Below are positions 8,596 through 16,971 of a stretch of 43,952 nucleotides of DNA, one piece after another; within the stretch, counting starts at the first letter, position 1, and each line of letters begins with the position of its first letter. Below the pieces are notes generated by a model that saw only the letters and a program-made list of their open reading frames with translations, had not been told where the DNA came from and ran no database searches. Both the position numbers and the translations under genes were made by a program. This DNA comes from Planctomycetota bacterium. GTDB lineage: Bacteria > Planctomycetota > B15-G4 > JADJEK01. The DNA is taken from NCBI GenBank assembly GCA_044225365.1, contig JBGAIQ010000046.1, forward strand, positions 1 to 43,952, read 5' to 3'.

Positions 8596-9749
8596 GGCTG
8601 CGGCGCGCGAGTTGGATCCCGAGCGTCCTCCTCCTTGGTGCGTCCTGCCTCCTCCTCGGGCTCGATCGTTCGCTCGAGAAGGGCGAGGCGAGCGCGCGCG
8701 ACATGCGGGACCGGATCGGTCGCCTCGTTCGCAAGGAGGAGCGCGACAAGATCGAGCAGGTCGCAGCGGTCAGCATCTTCATCGGCGAGCGCGAGAAGTA
8801 CACCTACGCCAAGGTCGACGACCGCTGGCGCATCCTCGACGGCAAGAACACGCCGGCCGATCCCGAGGCGATCGAGCGCTTGTGGAAGTCGCTCCTCGAC
8901 GGCGAAGGATTCGTCCACAGCAGCGATGCGACGCGCCTTGCGCAGTACGGGTTCTCGACGGCGAACGTGATTCGCGTCGAACTCCACGGGCCGCAGATGC
9001 TGAAGAAGAAGGACAAGGACGTTCGCTATCGCTGCGAACTCGGCAATCGCATCCCGGAGCTCGATGGCTGTTTCGTTCGGCGCGCGAATGATTCGAGCGT
9101 CTGGTCGATCGGTTCCGATCCGCGCGGCATCATCGAGTCGTCGCGAATCGGCTTCCTGCCGCCGCTCGCGGAGGGCACGCTCGTCTCGCGGGCCTGGATG
9201 CAGTCGGGTGCACAGGTCGAAACGGTCACGATCGAATCCAACGGGAAGCCTCCGCTCGTCCTGAAGCTCGAGCAACTGCAGGTCGACATGGAGGAGATGA
9301 AGAAGGGCAAGGATCCGTTCCGGTGGACGGCGACGGTCGGCGGCGCGCCCGTGACCGTCGATTCGAGGACGACGATGTCGTACTTCTCCACGCTCATGAG
9401 CGGGAAAGCGACCGCGACCCTGGAGCCCGCGAGCGCCGCGGCGGACGGAATCGACATCAAGGCGGCCGCCACTTCGGGAGAGACGCGGATCACGTTCGCG
9501 CCAGCGGCCGGCAAGGGGACGTCGTGCACGTTCGTGCTGTCGGCGGCCCGCAAGGATGGATCACGGGTGCTCTGGAACACCGAGAGCAAGGTGCTCTTCG
9601 TCGTCGATCCCGAGCTCTCGACGTTGTTCGTTCCGACGCCGGCGGAACTCGCGACGGCCGGGAACGAGAACAAGTGGCAACACTATCTCGGCCGTCAACA
9701 GCAGGCGGCACAGCCGCAGTCGATCGAGAATCCGCCCGGCCCGAAATAA
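8592..9749 (+). CDS. DUF4340 domain protein
   Basis: ATG 8592 overlaps the gldG-like stop. N-terminal anchor, motifs WRILDGKNTPADPEAIERLW, LAQYGF and LGN...FVR...VW. Usual position after gldAFG-like genes. Confidence 0.65.
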   Translation: MRLRRASWIPSVLLLGASCLLLGLDRSLEKGEASARDMRDRIGRLVRKEERDKIEQVAAVSIFIGEREKYTYAKVDDRWRILDGKNTPADPEAIERLWKSLLDGEGFVHSSDATRLAQYGFSTANVIRVELHGPQMLKKKDKDVRYRCELGNRIPELDGCFVRRANDSSVWSIGSDPRGIIESSRIGFLPPLAEGTLVSRAWMQSGAQVETVTIESNGKPPLVLKLEQLQVDMEEMKKGKDPFRWTATVGGAPVTVDSRTTMSYFSTLMSGKATATLEPASAAADGIDIKAAATSGETRITFAPAAGKGTSCTFVLSAARKDGSRVLWNTESKVLFVVDPELSTLFVPTPAELATAGNENKWQHYLGRQQQAAQPQSIENPPGPK

Positions 9750-9753
9750 GTGT

Positions 9754-10458
9754 TCAGCGGAGCGCCGTGAAGAAGCGCTTGAAGCGTGGCAGGTAGTGCT
9801 GCTCCGGATCGACCGAGAGTGCGACCGCGAGGGCCTTGCCGAGGATCGTTTCACGGCGTACAGGGCCGAACACGCGCGAGTCCGCACTGTCGTCGCGATT
9901 GTCGCCCATCGCGAAGTACTCGTCCGCCTCGAGCTTTCGCGGGCCATAGCTGCCGATGAAGCGCCAATCGCGCTGATACATCACGGCGTGCGTTCGACCG
10001 ACGAGATCTTCCTCGAGCAGGTCCTTCCCGGCGGTCACTTCGCGACCGACGTCCGTCAACGTGCTCGGGTCGAGCGGCTCGCACTGGAGCACTTTGCCGT
10101 TCACGAGGAGCTTGTGATCGCGCATCTCGATCGTGTCGCCAGGGATTCCCACGAGGCGCTTGATGAGGCGGACGCCATCGCGCGGCGAGGGGAAGATGAC
10201 GATGTCGCCGCGCTTTGGATCGGAGATCTGGAACAGCCGCCAGCCGACGAACGGCATGCGAACGTCGTAGGCCATCTTGTTGAGGAACACGCGATCGCCC
10301 TCGAGGATCGTCGGCTTCATCGATCCGGAGGGTACGTCGTTCCAATCGGCGAAGGTCGAGCGGAACGACGAGACCACGAGCACCACGACGAGCACGGGCT
10401 TCGCCCATTCGCGCCAGAACTTGCTCAGCTTCGATTCGGGTTCGTTCGGCGCGTCCAT
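9754..10458 (-). CDS. lepB: Signal peptidase I
   Basis: Catalytic Ser in PSGSMKPT, catalytic Lys in LIKRLVGIPGD, and box E GDNRDDSADSR. Confidence 0.95.
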   Translation of the reverse strand: MDAPNEPESKLSKFWREWAKPVLVVVLVVSSFRSTFADWNDVPSGSMKPTILEGDRVFLNKMAYDVRMPFVGWRLFQISDPKRGDIVIFPSPRDGVRLIKRLVGIPGDTIEMRDHKLLVNGKVLQCEPLDPSTLTDVGREVTAGKDLLEEDLVGRTHAVMYQRDWRFIGSYGPRKLEADEYFAMGDNRDDSADSRVFGPVRRETILGKALAVALSVDPEQHYLPRFKRFFTALR

Positions 10459-10546
10459 GTCGTCCTTTGTTCCACTGCATCGAGAGTCGGGACAGATCCT
10501 ACGTCGTCCAAAGGGCGACGTTGGCCGTAATGCCGGAGGCGACTCA

Positions 10547-13420
10547 TCACGGACCGGTCACGTAGGCCTTCAAGAACTCGTCGATCACGGCGGCGCGCGG
10601 CATGTCCGCATCGACCACGTAGAACTCGGCGAAGAATCCGCCGCTCGTGTCCTTGATCACGACGGCGTCGGAGTTGTGATTCGCGCTGTCGGCGTAGAGT
10701 CGGTCGAGCGTCCAATGCGAGCCGACCTGGAGGTACTTGAGCGCGCGCGTCGGCGTGTAGTTCACGAGCGTGGGGATCTCGGTCGCGGCGATCGGCTTCA
10801 CGACCTGCGCGCCCGATCCGCTCGAGACGAGCGCGAAGAGTGGCGCATCGAGCACGAAGTCCGCGCCGTAAGCCGAAGCGAAGTAACTGCTCACGAAGCC
10901 GCTCTCGTCGACGTACGAGAAGAAGGGTTGGAAGCCCGTCCAGACGATTCCGTTGCCGTGCTCGATCCACTGCTCGGCGAGCGAGTCGTCGAACTCACCG
11001 GCGAAGACCTTGGACGGCGCGTAGTCCATCATCACGATGACGTCCTTGACGCCGTCGTTCATGTACTTCGTCATCCACGCGACGAGCGCGCTCTGCTCCA
11101 CGGCGGAGAACGTCTTCACTTCGGTGCCGCCGGCGTAGGCGGACGCCGTGCTGGTGATCGTCTGCGCGATCGACTGCTGCGAGTTCCACGGGATGTACTT
11201 CTGGGCGAGGAGCGGCGTGAAGATCGCGATCGCGGGCTTCGGCGTCTTCACGTCGATCTGCGTCGTGTCGCTCGACGTCTTGCTGCCGAGACTCGCCGTG
11301 AACTTCACGGTGTACTTGCCCGCGGCGGCATACGTGTGAGTGAGCGTTTTCTCGGACTGATCGGCGACAGCGGAGATCGCGATGTTGCCGGTGCCGTCGC
11401 CCCAGTTCACGCCGAGGGTGGGGAGCGGGTCGGGTGCGGCGACGCCCGGCGCGTACATCTTCAGCGTGATCGAAACGGGCTGCCCGAGTCGCGGCGCGGC
11501 GTCCGAGACGTCTTCGAGGTCGGCCGCGGGGACGGTGTCGGCGTCGTAGATCGGAACGTCCTGTTCGGTCACGAGACCGAAGCTGTCCTTCACGACGAAA
11601 CGGCACAGGAAGTACGCGGCGTCACCGTGGGGCACGGTCTGGAAGCTGCCGATCGGGCCGTTGATGACCGCGAAGTCCGGATGGACGTGTTCCTTGTGGA
11701 TCAGGTCGACGTGCCACGACATGTCGAGCGGCAACTGCAGCGCACGATCCTCCTTGTCGAACGTCGTCGCTTCGAGTGCGACGACCTTGCCGACCTTGTA
11801 CTTCAGGCCGTACTCCGGCGAGCGGACGTGCACGATCTGCGGCGGCGTGTTGCCGGGGGTCACGAGCACGTTCGCCGTTGCGGTGAAGCCGTTGACGTTC
11901 GTCACGGTGAGCTTCGCGACGTAGGAGCCGGTGTTCCCGTAGAGCTTGAGCGGGTCGGCGACGTTCGACGTCGTGTTGTCACCGAAGTCCCAGGCGTAGG
12001 TCAGTGCGCCGCCGGTCGGCGAAGACGAGTCGGAGCCCTTGAATTGCACGGTGAGAGGAGCCGCGCCGTAGGCCGGCGTCGCGGTCGCCTTCGCGACGGG
12101 CGGCGTCGTGTTGCCGACGTAGCGGATGCGCTGCAGCGTGCCGCCGTTCTCGAGCGAGGCGAGGACGAGTTCACCCGTCGCGGGATCGTATTCCATCGCG
12201 GTGGGGCTGCCCGCCTTCGTCGCGAAGGGCTGGTTCGAGACGATGTGATCGTTCGCATCGAGACGGAGGTAGCGGATCCAGCTCTGGCCGTAGTCGCAGA
12301 AGAAGAGCGTGTTCTGATAGAGCGGCGGGTATTCGGAGCCGACGTACATCGTCACGCCCGTCGCGCAGTTGCCCTTGAAGCCGAGCGAGCCCGCGGAGCC
12401 GTGATTCCACGTGAGCAGCGGCGGCGCGTGAACGACGGTCGCGGTGAACCCGGCGGGATCGGCGGCCTGATATTGATTCTGCGGGCCCACGCCCTCGTAG
12501 CAGGGCCAGCCGAAGTTCTCGCCGCCCTTGCACAGGTCGAGCTCTTCCCAGTCGTTCCAACCGACGTCGGAGATCATCAGCTTCTGCTTCGGGCCCGTGC
12601 CGGGCAGCACCGCGAAGCGATAGGGATTGCGCAGGCCCATCGCGTAGACGTGCGAGCGGATGTCGTTCGGGTTGCCCGTGTAGTACGGATTGTCGGGGAG
12701 GCCGAGGCCCGTGTTGCGATCCATGCGCAGGACCTTGCCGGAGTACGAATCGAGCATCACGGAGCGGAACGCGCCGACGTCCTGATTCGAACTCAGTTGG
12801 CCGGGGCCGAAGCAGCCCGGGTCGTAGCCGCCGGCATCGGTGAGGTCGTAGTGCGCGCCGTCACCGCAGGTCAGCACGAGGCTGCCGTCGTTCAGGAACT
12901 TGATGTTGCCGATCGAGTGCGAGAGATGGCACGACGGGATCGCCGTCGACCACGTGGCGCCGAGGAGCACCTGACGCGACCCGAGATTCGTGACGAGATT
13001 GCCGCTCGCGTCGAAGGACGTCTGGTATCGCACGAGCCTCGAGAAGGCGAACTGTTCGGAGTCGTTGCCGTCGAGGTTCGGGTCGACGACGATCAGCAGG
13101 TACATCCAGCCGTTGATCGCGAAGTCCGGATCGGTCGCGACGGCGAGCAGGCCGCGGTCTCCGTTGTCGAGGGCTTCGAGCGATACGTCGATGACTTCGT
13201 TCTTCTTGAAGTCGTTCTCGAGGTAGAAGACCTTGCCGCGTTTCTCGCAGACCAGCATCTTGCCCGGCGCGAAGATGCAGATGCCCGTGGGGTTCACGAA
13301 GCTGCCGCCGATCGGCAGGCTCGCGAAGCCCGGGGGGAGGGTGGGAAGCGCGTTCGAGCGAGCGGCGAGGGCGAGGAGCAGCGTCGCTGCAAGGGCTGCA
13401 GCGAGGGTGGGGCGGCGCAT
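10547..13420 (-). CDS. Secreted glucose/sorbosone (PQQ-type) dehydrogenase-like beta-propeller with PKD domains
   Basis: Signal peptide MRRPTLAAALAATLLLALAARSNA. Motifs DRGLLAVATDPDF, GLRNPYR, DVGWNDWEE and NFGWPCYEG. PKD motifs YAWDFGD and VNWGDG. Confidence 0.85.
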   Translation of the reverse strand: MRRPTLAAALAATLLLALAARSNALPTLPPGFASLPIGGSFVNPTGICIFAPGKMLVCEKRGKVFYLENDFKKNEVIDVSLEALDNGDRGLLAVATDPDFAINGWMYLLIVVDPNLDGNDSEQFAFSRLVRYQTSFDASGNLVTNLGSRQVLLGATWSTAIPSCHLSHSIGNIKFLNDGSLVLTCGDGAHYDLTDAGGYDPGCFGPGQLSSNQDVGAFRSVMLDSYSGKVLRMDRNTGLGLPDNPYYTGNPNDIRSHVYAMGLRNPYRFAVLPGTGPKQKLMISDVGWNDWEELDLCKGGENFGWPCYEGVGPQNQYQAADPAGFTATVVHAPPLLTWNHGSAGSLGFKGNCATGVTMYVGSEYPPLYQNTLFFCDYGQSWIRYLRLDANDHIVSNQPFATKAGSPTAMEYDPATGELVLASLENGGTLQRIRYVGNTTPPVAKATATPAYGAAPLTVQFKGSDSSSPTGGALTYAWDFGDNTTSNVADPLKLYGNTGSYVAKLTVTNVNGFTATANVLVTPGNTPPQIVHVRSPEYGLKYKVGKVVALEATTFDKEDRALQLPLDMSWHVDLIHKEHVHPDFAVINGPIGSFQTVPHGDAAYFLCRFVVKDSFGLVTEQDVPIYDADTVPAADLEDVSDAAPRLGQPVSITLKMYAPGVAAPDPLPTLGVNWGDGTGNIAISAVADQSEKTLTHTYAAAGKYTVKFTASLGSKTSSDTTQIDVKTPKPAIAIFTPLLAQKYIPWNSQQSIAQTITSTASAYAGGTEVKTFSAVEQSALVAWMTKYMNDGVKDVIVMMDYAPSKVFAGEFDDSLAEQWIEHGNGIVWTGFQPFFSYVDESGFVSSYFASAYGADFVLDAPLFALVSSGSGAQVVKPIAATEIPTLVNYTPTRALKYLQVGSHWTLDRLYADSANHNSDAVVIKDTSGGFFAEFYVVDADMPRAAVIDEFLKAYVTGP

Positions 13421-13526
13421 GCGGAGACTCCCGCGGGGTAGGGATCCGGTCGGGGAAGCTTGAAGGATCCCGCAAGGGTACCCCGAATACAAGGGGGGAG
13501 TGCCGGGCACTCGGCGCCAAAACACG

Positions 13527-13557
13527 CAGGGCCGGGTGATTCGATCACCCGGCCCTG
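13527..13557 (-). terminator. Intrinsic terminator downstream of ahpC
   Basis: Perfect 14-bp stem CAGGGCCGGGTGAT-tcg-ATCACCCGGCCCTG, followed on the minus strand by CGTGTTTT. Confidence 0.75.
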
Positions 13558-13598
13558 TCATGAGGAACCGTTCGCGAAGGGCGAAAAGCGCCGCGGGA

Positions 13599-14210
13599 TC
13601 AGCCCTTCAGGGCTTCGTCGACCTTGCCGACGAGTTGCGGGCCGGGCTTCAGCGTCTTGTCGCCGGTCTTCGTCCACTTGGCCGGGCAGACCTCGTCGCC
13701 GTGCTGCGCGACGTACTGGAACGCGCTGAACTTGCGGAGGAGTTCGTCGAAGTTGCGGCCCACGTTGAGGGCATTGACTTCGGACGAGAGCAGGACGCCC
13801 GCCGGATTGATGATGAACGTGCCGCGCAGCGCGAGGCCGACCGGGAGGAGGACGCCGAGCGTCTTCGCGAGCGTGCCGTTGGTGTCGGCGCCCATGAGAT
13901 ACTTGATCTCCTTGAGCTGGCCCTCATGGCGCTGCCAGGCGAGGTGCGTGAACTGCGTATCCGTCGAAACGGTCACGACCTCGGCGCCCATCTCCTTCAG
14001 CTTCGCATACTTCTCGCCGAGGGCCTGGAACTCGGTCGCGCAGACGAACGTGAAGTCCGCCGGGTAGAACACGAGGACCGTCCACTTGTTGTTCTTCTTC
14101 TGCTCCGCGAGGCTGAACTCCGCGAAGCCACCCGTCGTGGGATTGAAGACACTGAGCTTGAAGTCGGGGACCGGCTGGCCGACCTGGACCGTGGTTACGC
14201 TTTCCGTCAT
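13599..14210 (-). CDS. ahpC: 2-Cys peroxiredoxin (AhpC/Prx1)
   Basis: FYPADFTFVCATE (peroxidatic Cys), ALRGTFII, GRNFDE and EVCPAKW (resolving Cys). SD GGAGG upstream of ATG 14210. Confidence 0.92.
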   Translation of the reverse strand: MTESVTTVQVGQPVPDFKLSVFNPTTGGFAEFSLAEQKKNNKWTVLVFYPADFTFVCATEFQALGEKYAKLKEMGAEVVTVSTDTQFTHLAWQRHEGQLKEIKYLMGADTNGTLAKTLGVLLPVGLALRGTFIINPAGVLLSSEVNALNVGRNFDELLRKFSAFQYVAQHGDEVCPAKWTKTGDKTLKPGPQLVGKVDEALKG

Positions 14211-14369
14211 GGGATTCCTCCGATTCGTTGGGTTTCGAAATTCGATGTCTGGCTTCGTGCGGGTCAGGGCGCACGCCGGCGCCGCGACCGCCCACAAGAG
14301 ATCGCACCATTCTGCAATACCGCAACCAGCCTAAGCGAGGAAGGCGCCGTTCACCAGCCGTCACTTGCC

Positions 14370-14519
14370 GGCGGACAGGGATCGCAGCCGCCGCCGCCAA
14401 TACCGGCGGTTACGGATCGCAGCCGCCGCCGCCGGTTTCGCCCGCGTGGCGGTTACGGATCGCAGCCGCCGCCGCCGGTTTCGCCCGCGTGGCGGTTACG
14501 GATCGCAGCCGCCGCCGCC
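14370..14519. repeat. Cluster of four 29-bp imperfect palindromes (REP-like), 43-bp period
   Basis: GGCGGTTACGGATCGCAGCCGCCGCCGCC occurs at 14405, 14448 and 14491, with a variant GGCGGACAGGGATCGCAGCCGCCGCCGCC at 14370. Linkers are AATACC, then GGTTTCGCCCGCGT twice. Confidence 0.9.
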
Positions 14520-14585
14520 GCGGCATCGATCGAGTGGGCTCGAGCGTGGCCGAAGTCGAACCTGCCGCGGTAGGATCATCGGATT

Positions 14586-15848
14586 ATGAACTTCTTCGAA
14601 GAACTCTCCGCCCGCGGGCTCGTCCATAGCGCAACCGAACACGCGGGAAAGGCGCTCGAGAGCGCCGTCACCGTCTACATCGGTTTCGACCCAACCGCGA
14701 AGAGCCTGCACGTCGGCTCGCTGCTCCCCCTCACGATGCTCGCGAGACTGCAGGCGGCGGGCCACCGCGTGGTCGCGCTGGTGGGCGGCGGGACCGGCAT
14801 GATCGGCGATCCCTCTGGAAAGTCCGCGGAGCGACAGCTCCAGACCCTCGACATCATTGCCCAGAACGTCGAGGGCATCCGCGAGCAGATCGGCCGCTTC
14901 GTCCGCTACGACGGAAGCAACCCCGCGATCCTCGTCGACAACGCCGCTTGGCTGAACTCGTGGCGCCTCGTCGAATTCCTCCGCGACATCGGCAAGCACT
15001 TCACCGTGAACTACATGCTGGCGAAGGAATCGGTGAAGCGCCGCATCGACACCGGCATCAGCTTCACGGAATTCAGCTACATGCTGATGCAGGCCGCGGA
15101 CTTCCTCGAACTCCACGAGCGCCACGGCGTCACGATGCAGTTCGGCGGCTCCGACCAGTGGGGCAACATCACGGCGGGCTGCGACCTCATCAAGAGCAAG
15201 ACCGGCGGCAGCGCGCACGGCGTCGTCTTCCCGCTCATCACGAACGCCGCTGGCGTCAAGTTCGGCAAGACGGAAGCGGGCGCCGTGTGGCTCGATGCCG
15301 CGATGACGTCGCCCTACCGTTTCTATCAGTTCTGGATGAGCAGCGAGGACGTCGACGTCGTCCGCTACCTCAAGTTCTTCACGATGCTGTCCCTCGAAGA
15401 GATCGCAGCGCTCGAGACCAAGCACGCCGCTGCGCCGCACGAGCGCGCGGCGCATACGCGGCTCGCCGAGGAGATGACGCGCGCCGTCCACGGCGAAGCG
15501 GGCCTCACGCGCGCGCGCCGCGCGACCGCCGTCTTCTTCGGCGGCGATTTCCTCGAGCTTCCGCCGGAGGAGATCCGCGAGATCTTCGCCGATGTGCCCT
15601 CGGCGAATGCGACCGCCGCCGAATTCGGCGCCGATGGCCTCGCCGTCGCGGACGCGCTCGTGAAGACGGGCCTCGCGCCCTCCAAGAAGGAGGCGCGCCG
15701 TCAGATCGAGGGCGGCGGCATCTCGATCAACCAGAAGCGTGTCGAGACGCCCGACGCGAAGATCAGGGCGAGCGAGGCTCTGTTCGGCGATCTCTTCGTC
15801 CTGCGCAAGGGCAAGAAGAGCTACTCCATCCTGCGCGTCCAGTCGTAG
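14586..15848 (+). CDS. tyrS: Tyrosine--tRNA ligase
   Basis: YIGFDPTAKSLHVGS (HIGH-like), QFGGSDQWGNI, KFGKT (KMSKS-like), C-terminal S4 domain ending RKGKK. Confidence 0.98.
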   Translation: MNFFEELSARGLVHSATEHAGKALESAVTVYIGFDPTAKSLHVGSLLPLTMLARLQAAGHRVVALVGGGTGMIGDPSGKSAERQLQTLDIIAQNVEGIREQIGRFVRYDGSNPAILVDNAAWLNSWRLVEFLRDIGKHFTVNYMLAKESVKRRIDTGISFTEFSYMLMQAADFLELHERHGVTMQFGGSDQWGNITAGCDLIKSKTGGSAHGVVFPLITNAAGVKFGKTEAGAVWLDAAMTSPYRFYQFWMSSEDVDVVRYLKFFTMLSLEEIAALETKHAAAPHERAAHTRLAEEMTRAVHGEAGLTRARRATAVFFGGDFLELPPEEIREIFADVPSANATAAEFGADGLAVADALVKTGLAPSKKEARRQIEGGGISINQKRVETPDAKIRASEALFGDLFVLRKGKKSYSILRVQS

Positions 15849-15861
15849 GAGGACCTCGGCC

Positions 15862-16971
15862 ATGTCATTCGTCCATCCCGTCACTCGGCATCTCGACTCC
15901 GAGGATTCGTCGACCGCACAGAAGCCGAAGGTCGCCGTCCTCCTCCTCCACGTCGGCGGTCCCGAATCGCTCGATGGCATCCCCGGGTTCTACCGCGATC
16001 TCTACTCGCAGCCCTCGCTCCTGCCTCCGGCGAAGAAGGAGAGCGTGACGACGCGCGAGCAGTCGATCGAAACGTTCGTCGCGGCGAACACGGACGAATG
16101 GAAGCGGCAATACAACCTGATCGGCGGCCGTTCACCCATCGCGGACCTTGCGGGCGCGCAAGCGCTCGCGCTCGACAATCTGCTGAATGGCCGCGTGCTG
16201 ATGGCGAAGCGGACCGGCGGGGCGTTTCGCGTGATCGCGGCCGAGCGCTTCGGTCGCGATTCGATCGCGTCCGCCGTCGACGAGGCCGAGGCCTGTGGCG
16301 CCGAGCATCTCGTCGCAATCCCGCTCTATCCGTGCGCGAGCAAGGCGCTCTCGGGCAGTTGTTTCGCCGAACTCGATCGCGCGTTGAAGGGCAAGCGACT
16401 CGAATCCCGCCAATCTCGAATCCAGTCCTTTGGAGCGCATCCGCTCTTTCTGCGCGCTGTCTCGGATCGCATCCGCCGGTCGATCGATCTCGTTCCGCCG
16501 ACTCTCCGTGGCGAGACGTTCCTCCTCTTCTCGGTGCACTCGCCGCCGTACGAAACGGCTCAGTCGGATTCCTACCTCGACGAGATCGAGAAGACCGCGC
16601 AGGCCCTCATGCGTTCGGTCGGATTCACCGAGGACCGCAGCGCGGTCGCCTTTCAGAGTTTTCGCGCGCCGTGTCGCCATCTCGAGCCTCCCGTGCGCGA
16701 CTTCGTGATGGAGCGCGCGGCCGCTGGCGTCCGCGCGATGGTGACCGTGCCGCTCTCGTACGTCACCGATTCCTTCGAGACCCTCTTCGATCTCGACATC
16801 GACGCCTACAAGGCCGGCGCCGAGAACGGCGTGAAGCAGATGCGCCGCGTCCCGTCGCTCAACGCCGATCCCGTCTTCCTGCGCGCGCTTTCCGACCTCG
16901 TCGTCCGCACGCTTCCTCCGCCGCTCGCAGGGCTCTTCAAGCCGTCGGTGGATTCGGCGAACCCTCCATGA
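15862..16971 (+). CDS. hemH: Ferrochelatase (divergent)
   Basis: Motifs VLLLHVGGP, YNLIGGRSP, PLYP, LLFSVHS, FQS, VPLSYVTDSFETLFDLD and RVPSLN. SD GGAGG before ATG 15862. Confidence 0.85.
   Translation: MSFVHPVTRHLDSEDSSTAQKPKVAVLLLHVGGPESLDGIPGFYRDLYSQPSLLPPAKKESVTTREQSIETFVAANTDEWKRQYNLIGGRSPIADLAGAQALALDNLLNGRVLMAKRTGGAFRVIAAERFGRDSIASAVDEAEACGAEHLVAIPLYPCASKALSGSCFAELDRALKGKRLESRQSRIQSFGAHPLFLRAVSDRIRRSIDLVPPTLRGETFLLFSVHSPPYETAQSDSYLDEIEKTAQALMRSVGFTEDRSAVAFQSFRAPCRHLEPPVRDFVMERAAAGVRAMVTVPLSYVTDSFETLFDLDIDAYKAGAENGVKQMRRVPSLNADPVFLRALSDLVVRTLPPPLAGLFKPSVDSANPP

Noticed and set aside
3739-9749. Evidence for gliding motility
   Set aside because: gldAFG-like ABC genes are widespread in non-gliding bacteria, and no gldK-N or spr genes are present here.
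14370-14519. Repeat cluster as a CRISPR array
   Set aside because: The linkers are only 6-14 bp, two are identical, and no cas genes are present in the window.
14211-14585. T-box riboswitch upstream of tyrS
   Set aside because: There is no T-box consensus (AAnnnGGGTGGnACC-like) and no terminator/antiterminator, and a -10-like TAGGAT lies only 9 nt before the ATG.
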